Shown: positions 1 to 11,635 of the stretch, one piece after another
How the letters are laid out: the number at the start of each line of letters is the position of its first letter
How positions within the stretch are numbered: position 1 is the stretch's first letter
DNA from: Acidobacteriota bacterium
Lineage (GTDB): Bacteria > Acidobacteriota > UBA6911 > RPQK01 > JAJDTT01
DNA: 64,000 bases
Assembly (NCBI GenBank): GCA_965263035.1
Contig: OZ253580.1
Span: 3,200,001 to 3,264,000 of the forward strand
Reading direction: 5' to 3'
Notes under the pieces: model-generated
Told to the model about the DNA's origin: nothing
Database searches by the model: none
Seen by the model: only the letters and a program-made list of their open reading frames with translations
Program-made: the position numbers and the translations under genes

Positions 1-1
1 C

Positions 2-682
2 CGGCATCGGCTCCTGCGGGACCATGTGGACGTGGCCCTGCTGCGGGACGTGGTGGAGCGCCACGAGGTCCGCAACGCGGCGGGTCTGCGCTGGCTGGTA
101 CGGCGCCTGTTGGGACACGCCGGGTCGGGGTTCAGCGGGGAGAAGTTTCACAAAGCGCTCAAGTCGCAGGGAATCTCGATCGGGAAAGACACCGTGCATC
201 GGATCCTCTCCCACCTCGAGGACTGTTTTCTGGTGAGGTTGGTGTGGATGGAGTCCAATTCGGAGCGCCAACGCATGGTGAATCCGCGCAAGGCGTATCC
301 GGTCGATCCGGGTCTGATCCCGGTGTTCGATCGGACCGGACCGGCGGATTCCGGCCCCGCGCTGGAGACGGCGATACTGGTGGAGTTGGAGCGGCGCGGA
401 TTCGAGGTGACCTACGTGCGCCTGCCCGGCGGGAACGGAGCCGCCTTCCTCGCTCGCGGCACGGTCGGCGACGTCGAGCTGATACGAGTGTGTGCCGACC
501 TTTCCGATCCGGCCGCCGCGGCCCGTGAATTCCGCGGGCTCGCCGCCGCGGGCACTCGATTTCCCCGGGCCCGCAAGAGGTTGCTGGCGCTCACACGGGA
601 CCGCCTCCCCGCCGAGGCGCCGGTCGAGGTGGAGGTCCAGACCGCGTGCGAGTGGTTGCTGGAGCCGCCTCTGCCGGGGTGA
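2..682 (+). CDS. AAA_14/DUF4143-type ATP-binding protein, C-terminal part (5' end outside window)
   Basis: Frame open from base 2 (RHRLLRDHVDVALLRDVVERH). Motifs NPRKAYPVDPGL and ALETAILVELERR are typical of the DUF4143 domain. Confidence 0.8.
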   Translation, partial: RHRLLRDHVDVALLRDVVERHEVRNAAGLRWLVRRLLGHAGSGFSGEKFHKALKSQGISIGKDTVHRILSHLEDCFLVRLVWMESNSERQRMVNPRKAYPVDPGLIPVFDRTGPADSGPALETAILVELERRGFEVTYVRLPGGNGAAFLARGTVGDVELIRVCADLSDPAAAAREFRGLAAAGTRFPRARKRLLALTRDRLPAEAPVEVEVQTACEWLLEPPLPG

Positions 683-683
683 C

Positions 684-794
684 GGGAGGGGCGACTTTCT
701 TGTCGCCGACTCTTGGACTTGCCTTGTGATCGCTGGGGAGGTCGGCGGCAAGAAAGCCGCCGTTCCCATTCGGCGATTGGAAATCGCCGCTCCC
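684..794. repeat. Cluster of three REP-like palindromes (GGGAG-type): 684-708 (+), 743-767 (-), 771-794 (-)
   Basis: Read on their own strands: gggaggggcgactttcttgtcgccg, gggaacggcggctttcttgccgccg, gggagcggcgatttccaatcgccg. They lie between convergent genes. Confidence 0.7.
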
Positions 795-795
795 G

Positions 796-1749
796 TCACC
801 CCGGCGGGTTGCGGGCCAAGATCTCCTCGTAGTATGGGATGGTCCGCTGGAGTCCCTCCTTCAGGCCCACGAACGGATCCCAGTCCAGATGCCGTTCTGC
901 CCGGCCGATGTCGGGGCGCCGCCGGACCGGATCGTCCACCGGAATCAGTCCGAACCGGATCTCGGATTTCGAGCCGGTGAGTTCCAGGATCAGTTCCGCC
1001 AGCGACAGTATGGAACACTCGTGGGGACTGCCCAGGTTGACCGGTCCAGGGACCCAATCGGCGTCCATGAGTTGCTCCAGCCCCGCCACCAGATCGGAGA
1101 CGAAACAGAAGGAGCGGGTCTGGGAGCCGTCTCCGTAGACAGTCAGGGGCTTTCCCCGTAGCGCCTGGACCACGAAGTTGCTGACGACGCGCCCGTCCAC
1201 CTCCGACATTCGGGGTCCATAGGTGTTGAAGATGCGGGCGATCCTCACGTCGACGCCGTTCTGGCGCTTGTAGTTGATCATCAGGGACTCGGCCACTCGT
1301 TTTCCCTCGTCATAGCAGCTTCGAGGGCCGATGGGGTTCACGTTGCCCCAGTAGTCCTCCCGCTGCGGATGGACCAGAGGGTCGCCGTAGACCTCGGAAG
1401 TGCTGGCCTGGAGGATCCGGGCCCCGACCCTCTTGGCCAGACCCAGAAGGTTGAGGGTGCCCATGACGTTGGTCTTCACCGTCTTGACCGGGTTGTACTG
1501 GTAGTGCACCGGCGCCGCCGGAGAGGCCAGGTTGTAGATCCGGTCCACCTCCAGCAGGATCGGCTGGGTCACGTCGTGGCGGATGAACTCGAAGTAAGGG
1601 TGTTCCAGGAGAGGGAGGATGTTGCGCCGGGTGCCCGAGAACAGGTTGTCCAGACAGAGCACGTCCGCGCCCTGCCGGAGCAGCGATTCGCAGAGGTGGC
1701 TGCCGATGAATCCGGCGCCTCCCGCTACCAGTATCCGTTCCCGGATCAT
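796..1749 (-). CDS. UDP-glucuronic acid decarboxylase (UDP-xylose synthase), extended SDR family
   Basis: [41 protein letters not shown]. Start placed at MIRERILV because the upstream ORF extension runs through REP repeats. Confidence 0.9.
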   Translation of the reverse strand: MIRERILVAGGAGFIGSHLCESLLRQGADVLCLDNLFSGTRRNILPLLEHPYFEFIRHDVTQPILLEVDRIYNLASPAAPVHYQYNPVKTVKTNVMGTLNLLGLAKRVGARILQASTSEVYGDPLVHPQREDYWGNVNPIGPRSCYDEGKRVAESLMINYKRQNGVDVRIARIFNTYGPRMSEVDGRVVSNFVVQALRGKPLTVYGDGSQTRSFCFVSDLVAGLEQLMDADWVPGPVNLGSPHECSILSLAELILELTGSKSEIRFGLIPVDDPVRRRPDIGRAERHLDWDPFVGLKEGLQRTIPYYEEILARNPPG

Positions 1750-1775
1750 CCTGTGACCCTCCGGTCGCGTGGACA

Positions 1776-1914
1776 CGTAGGGGCGCCCCTTTTGGGCGCC
1801 CTCCTGCTTCCCGACGGCTTCAGTATGGCATTGGTGACCGCCGGAGTCAGCAACGGTGCTTTCCGTTGCCGTTGCCTTCTGAAAATCACGTAAGGGCGCC
1901 CCTTTTGGGCGCCT
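1776..1914 (+). repeat. Two direct copies of a GTAG-type REP palindrome (1776-1802, 1889-1914)
   Basis: cgtaggggcgccccttttgggcgccct and cgtaagggcgccccttttgggcgcct. Confidence 0.75.
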
Positions 1915-1987
1915 TCTTTCGTCCTTGCCTGCCACCTTGTTTCCTTGGGAGTTCGGCGGCGAGATAACCGTCGCTCCCCGTGTCTTC

Positions 1988-1993
1988 TATAAT
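1988..1993 (+). promoter_or_regulatory. Putative -10 box (TATAAT) of uvrB
   Basis: Perfect TATAAT 8 nt before ATG 2002, with no Shine-Dalgarno sequence. Confidence 0.55.
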
Positions 1994-2001
1994 GCACGCC
2001 T

Positions 2002-4092
2002 ATGGCCGATCCAGAGGGGATCTCCTACGCGGGCGTGACCTACGGGGAGGCGGCGCCCTCCTCCGCCCGGTTCCGGCTCAGAAGTCCGTTCTCTCCCAGC
2101 CGGGATCAGGATCGGGCCATCGAGCAGTTGGTCCGGGGCATTCGGGAAGGCCGGCGCAGCCAGGTGCTGCTGGGAGTCACCGGGTCCGGCAAGACCTTCA
2201 CCATGGCCCAGGTCATCGAACGGATCAATCGGACCGCCCTGGTCCTGAGTCACAACAAGACTCTGGCCGCGCAGCTCTACCAGGAGTTCCGGAACTTCTT
2301 CCCCAAAAACGCGGTGGAGTATTTCGTCAGCTATTACGACTACTACCAACCGGAAGCGTACATCGCCTCCACCGACACCTACATCGAGAAGGAAGCCCTG
2401 ATCAACGACGATATCGACCGGCTGCGGCATTCGGCGACCCGATCCCTGTTCGAGCGCCGGGACTGCATCATCGTCTGCAGCGTGAGCTGCATCTACGGCC
2501 TGGGGTCTCCCGAGGCCTACTACGGGATGCTGCTCATGCTGAGCGAGGGCCAGCGGATCTCCCGGCAGTCGCTGCTGAGCAGGTTGGTCGACATCCAGTA
2601 CGAGCGGACTGATCTGGACCTGGCCCGAGGGACCTTCCGGGTCCGGGGGGACGTGGTCGAGGTGGTTCCGTCCTACGGGGACTACGGCATCCGGATCGAG
2701 CTGTTCGGCGACGAAGTGGACCGAATCTATCAGTTCGATCCGTTGACCGGGCAGACGCAGAAACGCCATCCCCGGATTCCCATCTACCCGCGGTCCCACT
2801 ACGTGATGCCCCAGGAGCAGCGGGAACGCGCCATGGAGAGCATCCGGGAAGAGCTGACGGAGCACCACGCCCGGCTCGAGGCGGAAGGACGTCTGATGGA
2901 AGCCGAGAGGGTTCGCCAGCGGACCCTTTTCGATCTGGAGATGATGCGAACCGTCGGCTACTGCCGGGGGATCGAGAACTATTCCCGCCACCTCACCGGC
3001 CGTCTTCCGGGGCAGTCTCCTCCCACGCTCATGGACTATCTGCCGAAGGAATCGCTCATCTTCATCGACGAGAGTCACGCGACCGTCCCCCAGGTCCGGG
3101 GCATGTACGCGGGGGACCGATCCAGGAAGTTGAACCTGGTGAAGTACGGGTTCCGCCTCCCCTCGGCTCTCGACAATCGACCCTTGAGCTTTGCCGAGTT
3201 CGAGCTCCGCCGTCCCCAGACCCTCTACGTTTCGGCCACTCCGGCCAATTTCGAGTTGGAGGAGTGCGGAGGGGAGGTGGTGGAGCAGATCATTCGGCCC
3301 ACCGGCCTCATGGATCCGGAAATCGCCGTGCGCCCGGTCTGCAACCAGATCGACGACCTGCTGGAAGAGATTCGGAGCCGTTCCGACCGGGGGGAGCGGA
3401 TCCTGGTCACCACCCTGACCAAACGAATGGCCGAAGAGTTGACCGAGTACTACACCGAGATCGGGGTCGCGGTCCAATACCTTCATTCGGAGGTGGATAC
3501 ATTGGACCGGGTCAAGCTCTTGCGGGATCTGCGCCTGGGCCGGTTCGACGTCCTGGTGGGAGTCAACCTGTTGCGCGAGGGTCTGGATCTGCCGGAGGTT
3601 TCCCTCGTGGCGGTGCTGGACGCCGACAAGGAGGGGTTCCTGCGCAGCGAAACGTCTCTGATCCAGACTTCGGGGCGGGCGGCTCGAAACGTCAACGGGA
3701 AGGTCATCATGTACGCCGACGTCGTGACCCGGTCCATGAGACGCGCCATTGAGGAGACGGGAAGACGCCGGGATCTTCAGCGCGACTACAACAACGAGAA
3801 CGGGATCACTCCGGAGAGCATCGTCAAGCCGGTGGACGCGACGCTGCTGGAGATGACCCGGCTGGACTACTATGAAATCCCGCTGGTGGCCGAGGAGGTG
3901 GACCGGTACGGTTCTGCCCAGGAGATCGAGCAGGAGATACTCAGGTTGAGCGACGACATGAGGAAGGCGGCTCAGGAGTTCGAGTTCGAGAAAGCGGCCC
4001 AGTTGCGGGATCGGATCAAGCTGTTGCGGGAAACCCATCTCCAGCTGGCAGGCGACCCGCAGGCGAACGGCCGGGGGGAGGGTGACGGATGA
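2002..4092 (+). CDS. uvrB: Excinuclease ABC subunit B
   Basis: [42 protein letters not shown]-terminal UVR coil ([12 protein letters not shown]). Confidence 0.98.
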   Translation: MADPEGISYAGVTYGEAAPSSARFRLRSPFSPSRDQDRAIEQLVRGIREGRRSQVLLGVTGSGKTFTMAQVIERINRTALVLSHNKTLAAQLYQEFRNFFPKNAVEYFVSYYDYYQPEAYIASTDTYIEKEALINDDIDRLRHSATRSLFERRDCIIVCSVSCIYGLGSPEAYYGMLLMLSEGQRISRQSLLSRLVDIQYERTDLDLARGTFRVRGDVVEVVPSYGDYGIRIELFGDEVDRIYQFDPLTGQTQKRHPRIPIYPRSHYVMPQEQRERAMESIREELTEHHARLEAEGRLMEAERVRQRTLFDLEMMRTVGYCRGIENYSRHLTGRLPGQSPPTLMDYLPKESLIFIDESHATVPQVRGMYAGDRSRKLNLVKYGFRLPSALDNRPLSFAEFELRRPQTLYVSATPANFELEECGGEVVEQIIRPTGLMDPEIAVRPVCNQIDDLLEEIRSRSDRGERILVTTLTKRMAEELTEYYTEIGVAVQYLHSEVDTLDRVKLLRDLRLGRFDVLVGVNLLREGLDLPEVSLVAVLDADKEGFLRSETSLIQTSGRAARNVNGKVIMYADVVTRSMRRAIEETGRRRDLQRDYNNENGITPESIVKPVDATLLEMTRLDYYEIPLVAEEVDRYGSAQEIEQEILRLSDDMRKAAQEFEFEKAAQLRDRIKLLRETHLQLAGDPQANGRGEGDG

Positions 4093-5390
4093 CGCCCGGA
4101 CGAATCGATCCGGTCCAGGCTCCCCTCAAGGGCGAGGTCCAGGTGCCGGGAGACAAGAGCATCTCCCATCGCTACGCCCTTTTCGGGGGCATGGCCAGGG
4201 GAACGACCCGGATCCGCAATTTCTCCTCCAGCGAAGACTGTCAGGCCACCCTTTCCTGTATCGAGGCACTCGGAGTGGGAGTGGTGCGAGATGCGTCCCA
4301 GGTGGAGATCTCCAGTCCGGGATGGCGTCGTTTCACCGCGCCGGCCCGGGCGCTGGAGGTTCAGAACAGCGGGACCACCATCCGGCTTCTCTCGGCCCTG
4401 CTGGCGGCCGGACGATTCTCCTCCCAGGTCCAGGGGGACTCTTCTCTCAACCAGCGCCCCATGAAGCGCATCATGGATCCGCTGAGTCGAATGGGCGCTC
4501 GGATCGAAGCCCGGGAAGGCAGGTTCCCGCCTCTGCTGATCCAGGGCGGCCGGCTGACCGGGATCCGGTACCGGCTGCCCATCGCCAGCGCGCAGGTGAA
4601 GTCGTGCGTTTTGCTGGCCGGATTGATGGCCGAGGGGGAGACGGAGGTGGAGGAGACGGGGCCGTCCCGGGATCATACGGAGCGGGCGCTCCCCTTCTTC
4701 GGCGCCGCGCTGATGCAGAACGGAGCTCGCCTCCGGGTGCGGGGAGGCGCTCGACTCCGCGGCGTCGATTTCCGGATCCCGGGAGATTTCTCCTCCGCGT
4801 TGTTCTTCCTGGTGGCGAGCCTGCTGGTTCCGGGCAGCCGGATCGCCTTGAAGGGAGTCGGCGTCAATCCCACCCGGGCGGGTTTCCTCCCGCTGCTGGA
4901 ACAGGCCGGAATCCGAGTCGAGAGGTCCAATGCCACAGAGAACAACGGCGAGCCGGCCTGCGATCTGCAGATCCGCCCGGACTCCCAGGTCCGGAAGCAG
5001 TTTCCCAACGAGATCTCGGGAGACTGGGTGGCCCGGCTCATCGACGAGATCCCGGCGCTGGCCATTTTGGGGACCAGTCTGGAACGGGGGTTCACGGTTC
5101 GGGACGCCCAGGAGCTGCGCCACAAGGAGTCGGATCGGATCCGCTCGGTCGTGGTCAATCTGCGTCGCCTCGGAGTGGAGGTCCGCGAACTCCCGGATGG
5201 ATTCGTCATCCCTCCCGGCAGCCGCATCCGTGGCGGGGAGGTGCGGACCTTCGGCGATCATCGAATCGCCATGGCCTTCGCCCTGGCGGGTCTGGTGGCG
5301 GAGAGCCCGGTGGAATTGGATCGTCCCGAGTGCGTGGCCGTCTCCTATCCCGATTTCTTCCGGCACCTGGAGGGGGTTTGCCGCCGTTGA
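4089..5390 (+). CDS. aroA: 3-phosphoshikimate 1-carboxyvinyltransferase (EPSP synthase)
   Basis: [40 protein letters not shown]; 4-bp overlap with the uvrB stop. Confidence 0.97.
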   Translation: MTPGRIDPVQAPLKGEVQVPGDKSISHRYALFGGMARGTTRIRNFSSSEDCQATLSCIEALGVGVVRDASQVEISSPGWRRFTAPARALEVQNSGTTIRLLSALLAAGRFSSQVQGDSSLNQRPMKRIMDPLSRMGARIEAREGRFPPLLIQGGRLTGIRYRLPIASAQVKSCVLLAGLMAEGETEVEETGPSRDHTERALPFFGAALMQNGARLRVRGGARLRGVDFRIPGDFSSALFFLVASLLVPGSRIALKGVGVNPTRAGFLPLLEQAGIRVERSNATENNGEPACDLQIRPDSQVRKQFPNEISGDWVARLIDEIPALAILGTSLERGFTVRDAQELRHKESDRIRSVVVNLRRLGVEVRELPDGFVIPPGSRIRGGEVRTFGDHRIAMAFALAGLVAESPVELDRPECVAVSYPDFFRHLEGVCRR

Positions 5391-5914
5391 AGGGTCACCT
5401 CTACCTGGTGGGGTTCATGGGAAGCGGCAAATCGACCGTGGGGCCGATTCTGGCAGAGCAGTTGGGCCGGGAGTTCTTGGATCTGGACCAGCTGATTGAG
5501 GAAGCGGAGGAGACCGACATTCCCCGGATCTTCGATCTTCGGGGAGAAGCCTATTTTCGGGAGCTGGAGACCCGTATCCTGGCGTCCGTCCAGGATCGGC
5601 GGCCTGCCGTCGTCGCGCTGGGAGGAGGGGCCTTTTCCCAGGCGCCGAACCGCGACCTGATCTTCAAGAACGGAATCGCCGTGACCCTCCGGATTCCGCT
5701 GGAACTCGCCTGGCAACGTTCCACCGAGATGGACAACCGTCCTCTGGCTCGGGATCGGCAGCAGTTCGAAACCCTGTACGTCAAGCGGCAGCCGGACTAC
5801 GATCTGGCCGATCTGAAGGTCGGGGTCTCGGGGAGGTCCCCGGAGCGGATCTGCCGATTGATCCGGGATCGTCTCGAAACGGTTCACCGGATCCCGGATT
5901 ATTCCCGCTCGTAA
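5387..5914 (+). CDS. aroK: Shikimate kinase
   Basis: LVGFMGSGKSTVG, DLD, GEAYFRELE, ALGGG, RPL. TTG start overlaps the aroA TGA; alternative TTG at 5378. Confidence 0.93.
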   Translation: MKGHLYLVGFMGSGKSTVGPILAEQLGREFLDLDQLIEEAEETDIPRIFDLRGEAYFRELETRILASVQDRRPAVVALGGGAFSQAPNRDLIFKNGIAVTLRIPLELAWQRSTEMDNRPLARDRQQFETLYVKRQPDYDLADLKVGVSGRSPERICRLIRDRLETVHRIPDYSRS

Positions 5915-6002
5915 GTGTGGACCGGGCGCCAAAATTGGACAGGGTCCTGGATTATACTTTCTGCGCCCTGCTGAAGGCGCGGACTGGCGCTGGCCTTGGC
6001 GA

Positions 6003-7565
6003 TTGGAACGGGACCGTCTACCCATGCCTATTCTGCTGATTCTCCTGCTGATTGCCTTTTCCCATCCGCTCTCCGCCCAATCGGCGGAGCTCTTCTCCAC
6101 CGAGGGGTACGAGGTGCGGATGGAATTCTGGACCGGCATTTTCACCCGGTACGGGGAGGGAGAGTACGTTCTTCACGACAAGAGCGATTTGCGGCTGGTG
6201 TACCGCGTCGTCCAGACCGGAGAACGAACGGGGAGCGCCTCCAAACGCCGCCGGCGTCAGAAGTTGCGAAATGCCAAGGCGGAGTTGCAGAGACTTCTGA
6301 GGGACCTGGCCAGAAAAGATTCGAGCCGATGGAGCGCCAAACACCGGGAGGTCGCTGACGTCGTTCGAGCCGCCGGGTACTCTATTTCCTCCCAAACCCT
6401 GAAACGCCTTTCCGGGAACATCCGCCATCAACGGGGAATCCGGGAAAAGTTTCGTGCGGGTGTGATCCGCTCCGGCAAGTATATGAAGCGGATGCAGGAA
6501 ATCTTTCGCAGTGAGGGGCTCCCGGAAGAGCTGGCCTATCTTCCCCACGTGGAGTCCAGCTTCGACGATCGGGCCTATTCCCATCGGGGGGCGGCGGGCG
6601 TCTGGCAGTTCATGCGGTCGACGGGCCGCCTGTACATGAAGATCAATCGTTCGGTGGACGAGCGGCTCCACCCCATTCGGGCCACCGAAGCGGCCGCCCG
6701 GCTGCTCAAGGACAACTATCGGAGACTGGGGAACTGGCCCCTGGCGGTGACCGCCTACAACCAGGGATCCAATGGCATTGCGAGGGCCAAGCGGCGCCAT
6801 GGCTCCGACCTTCGAGTCATCATCAAACGCCATCGGTCCCGGACCTTCGGCTTCGCCGGCCAGAATTTCTACGCCGAGTTCCTGGCAGCCATCGAGATTG
6901 GCCAAAACCCGGAAAAGTACTTCGGCTCCATTCAACCGGACGAACCGGGAAGCTTTCCTTCCGTCCGCCTCCAGGCGAACCGGCGGGTGGGTCATCTGGT
7001 GACTCACTCCGGAGTGAAGACGGCAACGCTTCGCCGGCTCAACCCGCATATCCGGCGCAGAGTTTGGCGGAGCACGGGTGTCATTCCGTCGGGAGTGGCC
7101 CTCTATTTTCCTTCCGGCAAGCGGGAGCAGGTGACGGCGGCTCTCAGGTCGGCTCCACGAGTACAGCTCGCCCAGCGGAGAGAGGTGGGTCCGGGCGAGT
7201 ACCGCGTCCGGCGTGGGGATACGCTGAGCCGGATCGCCCGCCGGTTCGGGACTTCGGTGGCTGCTCTGAGAAGGAGCAACAGCATTCGGGGAACCCGCAT
7301 TATTGCCGGAGAGATTCTCACGGTTTCGAAGGCCAATACGAAGAGCCGTACCGTCGCCAAGGCCCAGAGCCGTACCCCTCCCAGAGCGCAACGCCGTACT
7401 GTTGCCAAGACGGACAGCCCGGAGGTCTACCGGGTCCGGCGTGGGGACAGCCTCTGGGTCATCGCCCGGAGATTCGGAGTTACGCCGAGCCAGCTCCAGC
7501 GAGCCAACGGCATCCGGCGCCGCGACCACATCCACCCGGGCCAGACCTTGCGCATCCCGAAGTAG
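6003..7565 (+). CDS. Lytic murein transglycosylase (MltD-like) with signal peptide and two clear C-terminal LysM domains
   Basis: LPHVESSF, GAAGVWQFM, LAVTAYNQG, YRVRRGDTL/YRVRRGDSL. Start may be ATG 6024. Confidence 0.9.
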   Translation: MERDRLPMPILLILLLIAFSHPLSAQSAELFSTEGYEVRMEFWTGIFTRYGEGEYVLHDKSDLRLVYRVVQTGERTGSASKRRRRQKLRNAKAELQRLLRDLARKDSSRWSAKHREVADVVRAAGYSISSQTLKRLSGNIRHQRGIREKFRAGVIRSGKYMKRMQEIFRSEGLPEELAYLPHVESSFDDRAYSHRGAAGVWQFMRSTGRLYMKINRSVDERLHPIRATEAAARLLKDNYRRLGNWPLAVTAYNQGSNGIARAKRRHGSDLRVIIKRHRSRTFGFAGQNFYAEFLAAIEIGQNPEKYFGSIQPDEPGSFPSVRLQANRRVGHLVTHSGVKTATLRRLNPHIRRRVWRSTGVIPSGVALYFPSGKREQVTAALRSAPRVQLAQRREVGPGEYRVRRGDTLSRIARRFGTSVAALRRSNSIRGTRIIAGEILTVSKANTKSRTVAKAQSRTPPRAQRRTVAKTDSPEVYRVRRGDSLWVIARRFGVTPSQLQRANGIRRRDHIHPGQTLRIPK

Positions 7566-7599
7566 GTTCCGGGGCACTCGGCCAACCCAACGCCCCCAT

Positions 7600-10239
7600 T
7601 CAGCACGCGGCGCCGATCTCCTCCCGATCCGACTCGTGCTTGAAGACCGGTTCCCCCCCTTCAGGGTCCGCTTCCGCCAGAATGCGGGCGCCGTCGGTCA
7701 AGGTGCCGGAGACGATGAGCCGTGCCAGGGGATTCTCGATCCGCCTCTGGATGGCCCGCTTCAGCGGGCGGGCTCCATAGACGGGATCGTAGCCTTCCCG
7801 CACCAGTTGTATCCGGACCCTGTCGCTCAGCTCCAATGTCATCCGGCGCTCCTTCAGGCGCTGCCGCAAGAGGTCCAGCTGAATCTCGACGATCTGTTTC
7901 AGATGATCCTGAGACAGAGCGTGGAAGACGATCTGGTCGTCGATCCGGTTCAGGAACTCGGGACGGAAATGCTGGGCCAGTTTCCGGATCACGGCCTGCT
8001 TCATCCGCTCGAATTCGGCTCCGCCAAAGGCTCCCCGGCAATCCAGGATGTCGGTGCTGCCCAGGTTGGAGGTCATGATGATGATGCAGTTCTTGAAATC
8101 AACCGTCCTGCCCTTGCCGTCGGTCAGGCGGCCGTCGTCCAGGATCTGGAGCAGGAGGTTGAAAATATCGAAGTGAGCCTTCTCGATCTCGTCAAAGAGG
8201 AGCACCGAGTAGGGTTTTCGCCGCACCGCCTCGCTCAGCTGTCCCCCCTCCTCGTGTCCCACGTATCCGGGAGGGGCGCCGATCAGCCGGGCCACCGTGT
8301 GCTTCTCCTGGTATTCGGACATGTCGATTCGGATCATGGCCTGCTCATCGTCGAAGAGAGCCTCGGCCAGAGCCCGGCCCAGCTCGGTTTTTCCGACTCC
8401 CGTCGGACCCAGGAAGAGGAAGCTGCCGATGGGGCGGGCGGGGTCCTTGAGACCGGCTCGGGAACGGATGACGGCTTCGGTGACGGCTCGTATCGCCTCG
8501 TCCTGACCGACGACTCTCCGATGGAGCGTCTCATCCAGATTCAAGAGACGCTCCATTTCGCCCTCCATGAGCCTGGAGACCGGGATGCCGGTCCAACCGC
8601 TGACCACGTCGGCAATGTCTTCCTCTCCCACGTCCTCCTTCAATAGAGGCGCCGTTCCCTGCTTGCGGCCCAGCCTCTGCTGTTCCGCTTGCAGCTTCCG
8701 TTCCAGGGAAGCCAGAGTCCCGTACTTGAGCTCGGCTGCCCGATTCAGGTCGTATTCGCGCTCCGAGCGTTCGATCTGGATCTTGGTCTCCTCGATCTGC
8801 TCTCTGAGAGTTCTCAGTTGCCGGACTCCCTGCTGTTCGGACTGCCATTGCGCCATGAGCGCCGCGGCCCTGTCCCGTTCCTCGGCCAAGTCCTTCTCGA
8901 TCCGGTCCAGCCGAGCCCGGGAGCCCTTGTCCTTCTCCTTGCGCAGTGCCTCCCTTTCGATCTCCAGTTGCATCACCCGCCGTTGGGTCTCGTCCAGCTC
9001 GGTGGGCATGGAATCCATCTCGGTCCGCAGCTTGGCTGCGGCTTCATCCATCAGGTCGATGGCCTTGTCGGGCAGAAAACGATCCGGAATGTAGCGGTTC
9101 GACAGGACGGCCGCCGCCACCAGAGCCGCGTCCCTGATGTGGACGCCGTGGTGGACCTCGTAGCGTTCCTTCAGACCTCTCAAGATCGAAATGGTGTCCT
9201 CGACCGAAGGCTGGTCCACCAGGACCGGCTGGAATCGCCGCTCCAGAGCACTGTCCTTTTCCACGTGTTTCCGGTATTCGTCCACGGTGGTGGCGCCGAT
9301 GCAATGGAGCTCGCCCCGGGCCAACATGGGCTTGAGCAGGTTGCCCGCATCCATGGCCCCTTCGACCCGGCCTGCGCCCACCACGGTGTGAAGCTCGTCG
9401 ATGAAGAGGATGACTTCGCCTTGCTGTTCCTGGACCGCCTTCAGAACCGCCTTGAGGCGCTCCTCGAACTCGCCCCGATACTTGGCGCCGGCGATCAGGG
9501 ATCCCAGGTCCAGAGAGACGACTCGGCACCGTTTCAGGCCCTCGGGCACGTCGCCCCGGACGATGCGCTGGGCCAGGCCTTCCGCGATGGCCGTCTTGCC
9601 GACGCCCGGATCGCCGATCAGGACCGGGTTGTTCTTGGTTCTCCGGGACAGGACCTGCATCAGGCGGCGAATTTCGTAGTCTCTTCCGATGACCGGGTCG
9701 AGCTTCCCCGCGGTGGCCAGTTGGGTCAGGTCCCGGCCGTACCGCTCCAGGGCCTCGTACGTCGCCTCGGGATGGGGAGAGGTCACTCGCTGGCTCCCGC
9801 GAACTTCCCGAAGGGTTTGCATCAGGCGTACCCGGTTGATTCCCTGCGCCCGCAGGAGGCGTCCGGCAGCGTCTGTGTCCGCCACCATCGCCAGCAACAG
9901 GTGTTCGACGGAAACGTACTCGTCCTTGAGCTGCTTCGCTTCCTCCTGAGCTCTGCCCAGGAGCTGCGTCAAGCGCCGGGTGGCGTAAACCTGGTCGGCC
10001 GCTGCGGCGGGGCCGCTCACATTGGCGCGGCTCTGCAAATCCTGCTGCAGCCTCTGGTTCAGTTGGCCGGGGTCCACGTCCGTTTTGTTCAAAACGGATG
10101 CCGCCAGCCCTTGCTCCTGCTCCAGCAGTCCGACCAGAAGATGCTCCACATCCACCTGTTGGTGACCGAGGCTCCTGGCCACCGCCTCAGCCCGGTTCAG
10201 GCCTTCGCGAACACTTTCGGTCACACGATTCAGGTCCAT
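7600..10239 (-). CDS. clpB: ATP-dependent chaperone ClpB
   Basis: Two AAA+ modules ([17 protein letters not shown]), long coiled-coil middle domain, [12 protein letters not shown]. Start at MDLNRVT after a GGAGG RBS. Confidence 0.97.
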   Translation of the reverse strand: MDLNRVTESVREGLNRAEAVARSLGHQQVDVEHLLVGLLEQEQGLAASVLNKTDVDPGQLNQRLQQDLQSRANVSGPAAAADQVYATRRLTQLLGRAQEEAKQLKDEYVSVEHLLLAMVADTDAAGRLLRAQGINRVRLMQTLREVRGSQRVTSPHPEATYEALERYGRDLTQLATAGKLDPVIGRDYEIRRLMQVLSRRTKNNPVLIGDPGVGKTAIAEGLAQRIVRGDVPEGLKRCRVVSLDLGSLIAGAKYRGEFEERLKAVLKAVQEQQGEVILFIDELHTVVGAGRVEGAMDAGNLLKPMLARGELHCIGATTVDEYRKHVEKDSALERRFQPVLVDQPSVEDTISILRGLKERYEVHHGVHIRDAALVAAAVLSNRYIPDRFLPDKAIDLMDEAAAKLRTEMDSMPTELDETQRRVMQLEIEREALRKEKDKGSRARLDRIEKDLAEERDRAAALMAQWQSEQQGVRQLRTLREQIEETKIQIERSEREYDLNRAAELKYGTLASLERKLQAEQQRLGRKQGTAPLLKEDVGEEDIADVVSGWTGIPVSRLMEGEMERLLNLDETLHRRVVGQDEAIRAVTEAVIRSRAGLKDPARPIGSFLFLGPTGVGKTELGRALAEALFDDEQAMIRIDMSEYQEKHTVARLIGAPPGYVGHEEGGQLSEAVRRKPYSVLLFDEIEKAHFDIFNLLLQILDDGRLTDGKGRTVDFKNCIIIMTSNLGSTDILDCRGAFGGAEFERMKQAVIRKLAQHFRPEFLNRIDDQIVFHALSQDHLKQIVEIQLDLLRQRLKERRMTLELSDRVRIQLVREGYDPVYGARPLKRAIQRRIENPLARLIVSGTLTDGARILAEADPEGGEPVFKHESDREEIGAAC

Positions 10240-10447
10240 GATCTGTTCCTCCGCCGTCCGGTCTATCCCCTTATAGGATCGGGCCGTAAGCATCGCAAGG
10301 ATTCACGGACCGTGGTTCAAATTCGGTTCTCCGGCGCCGTCGGACGATGGATCCACCGTTGAGATCCATGGCTGCCCCCCGGTTTCTCGCACCCGCTCGC
10401 CGTAGTAGACTGCGCCTGTTCTACGGGACTGTGGAGCGAGGCACGAT

Positions 10448-11068
10448 ATGGCGGATAAGGACCGGGAAGGAAAATTTCAGATCACCGACCGGCGCAGCTG
10501 GCTCGAAGATGAGTCGGTCATCGATCAGTCGCGGATTCCGGAGACGCGGTATCCCTCTTACGTTGAGGAATTGAAGGCTCGAACCGAGCTGGCCGAACAG
10601 AAGCTGAAGCAGAGGCTCGAACAGCTCGAGTCCGAGAACGACGCGCTTCGCCAGCGCCTCGAACGGACCCTGGAACAGCGCCTGGACCGGTTCAAGATGG
10701 ATCTTCTGCTCCGATTTCTGGAGGTGGCGGACAATCTGGAGCGGGCGTTGGAGGCGGCAGAGAGCGGGTCCGACCTGCAAGAGCTCCGAAAGGGTGTGGA
10801 GTTGAATCTCCGGCTCTTCCTGGATCGGCTCAGGGAAGCCGGGATCGAGCCCATCGAGGTGTTGAACCAGCCCTTCGATCCCCATCAGACGGAGGCGGTG
10901 GGACTCATTCCGGTCACCGATCCCAAGCAGGATCAACGAGTCGTCGAGGTGCTTCAGAGAGGTTATCTGTACGGAGACCGGCTCTTGCGTCCCGCGAGAG
11001 CTCGAGTCGGCCGGCTGGTCGACACCGAATCCGGCGGAGAGTCCGATTCCGGCGCCAAACCGGAGTGA
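10448..11068 (+). CDS. grpE: Nucleotide exchange factor GrpE
   Basis: VADNLERAL, FDPHQTEAV, VLQRGY..GDRLLRPARARV. Confidence 0.92.
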   Translation: MADKDREGKFQITDRRSWLEDESVIDQSRIPETRYPSYVEELKARTELAEQKLKQRLEQLESENDALRQRLERTLEQRLDRFKMDLLLRFLEVADNLERALEAAESGSDLQELRKGVELNLRLFLDRLREAGIEPIEVLNQPFDPHQTEAVGLIPVTDPKQDQRVVEVLQRGYLYGDRLLRPARARVGRLVDTESGGESDSGAKPE

Positions 11069-11098
11069 CGGTCTCGCGGGAATACTGCGGGACCGGAG

Positions 11099-11635
11099 TC
11101 AATGGGCAATTCTTGCCTGCTGCCGCAGCCGTTGGGTAGCCACTCCCTTGAAGGCGTGGCAGAGAGCGACGGCCAGGGCGTCGGCCGCGTCATTCGGCTG
11201 GGGAGATTCCTCGAGCTTGAGCAGGATCCGGACCATGGCCTGAATCTCTTCCTTGGTCGCCCGCCCGGATACTGAGATCGACTTCTTGACCTCCCGCGGA
11301 GAGTATTCGAACAGCGGAATCTCCAGTTCGGCGGCGGCCAACAGGACCACGCCCCGGGCGTGCCCCAACTGGAGAGCGCTGCGGGCATTGACCGCATGGA
11401 ACACGGATTCCACGGCCACCACGGCTGGAGTGTGACGGCGGAGTACGCTCCGAAGCTCTTGGTAGATCTTCTTGAGGCGTTGCTCGAACGGGGTCTCGAG
11501 CCGGCGGTTATAACAGCGGATCGCTCCGTACTCGAGGCAACGACAGTGATTTCCGAGGACCGAGATGATCCCGTAGCCGGTGATGCGGCTACCCGGGTCG
11601 ATGCCCATGACGACGGTGGGGGAAGGAGGACCCAT
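11099..11635 (-). CDS. ruvC: Holliday junction resolvase RuvC
   Basis: MGIDPGSRITGYG, AVESVF, LGHARG, EYSPREVKK, DAADALAVALCH. Start overlaps the yebC stop. Confidence 0.95.
   Translation of the reverse strand: MGPPSPTVVMGIDPGSRITGYGIISVLGNHCRCLEYGAIRCYNRRLETPFEQRLKKIYQELRSVLRRHTPAVVAVESVFHAVNARSALQLGHARGVVLLAAAELEIPLFEYSPREVKKSISVSGRATKEEIQAMVRILLKLEESPQPNDAADALAVALCHAFKGVATQRLRQQARIAH

Noticed and set aside
1987-4038. Long antisense ORFs (683 aa here; also 6018-7577, 8689-10362, 19744-21678, 46950-49286)
   Set aside because: They mirror well-conserved genes on the other strand and show no motifs; shadow ORFs are expected at high GC.
4082-5914. 610-aa ORF suggesting an aroK fusion
   Set aside because: The N-terminal ~435 codons are an off-frame read of aroA; only the last ~175 codons encode shikimate kinase.
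10240-10447. CIRCE operator between clpB and grpE
   Set aside because: No TTAGCACTC-N9-GAGTGCTAA match
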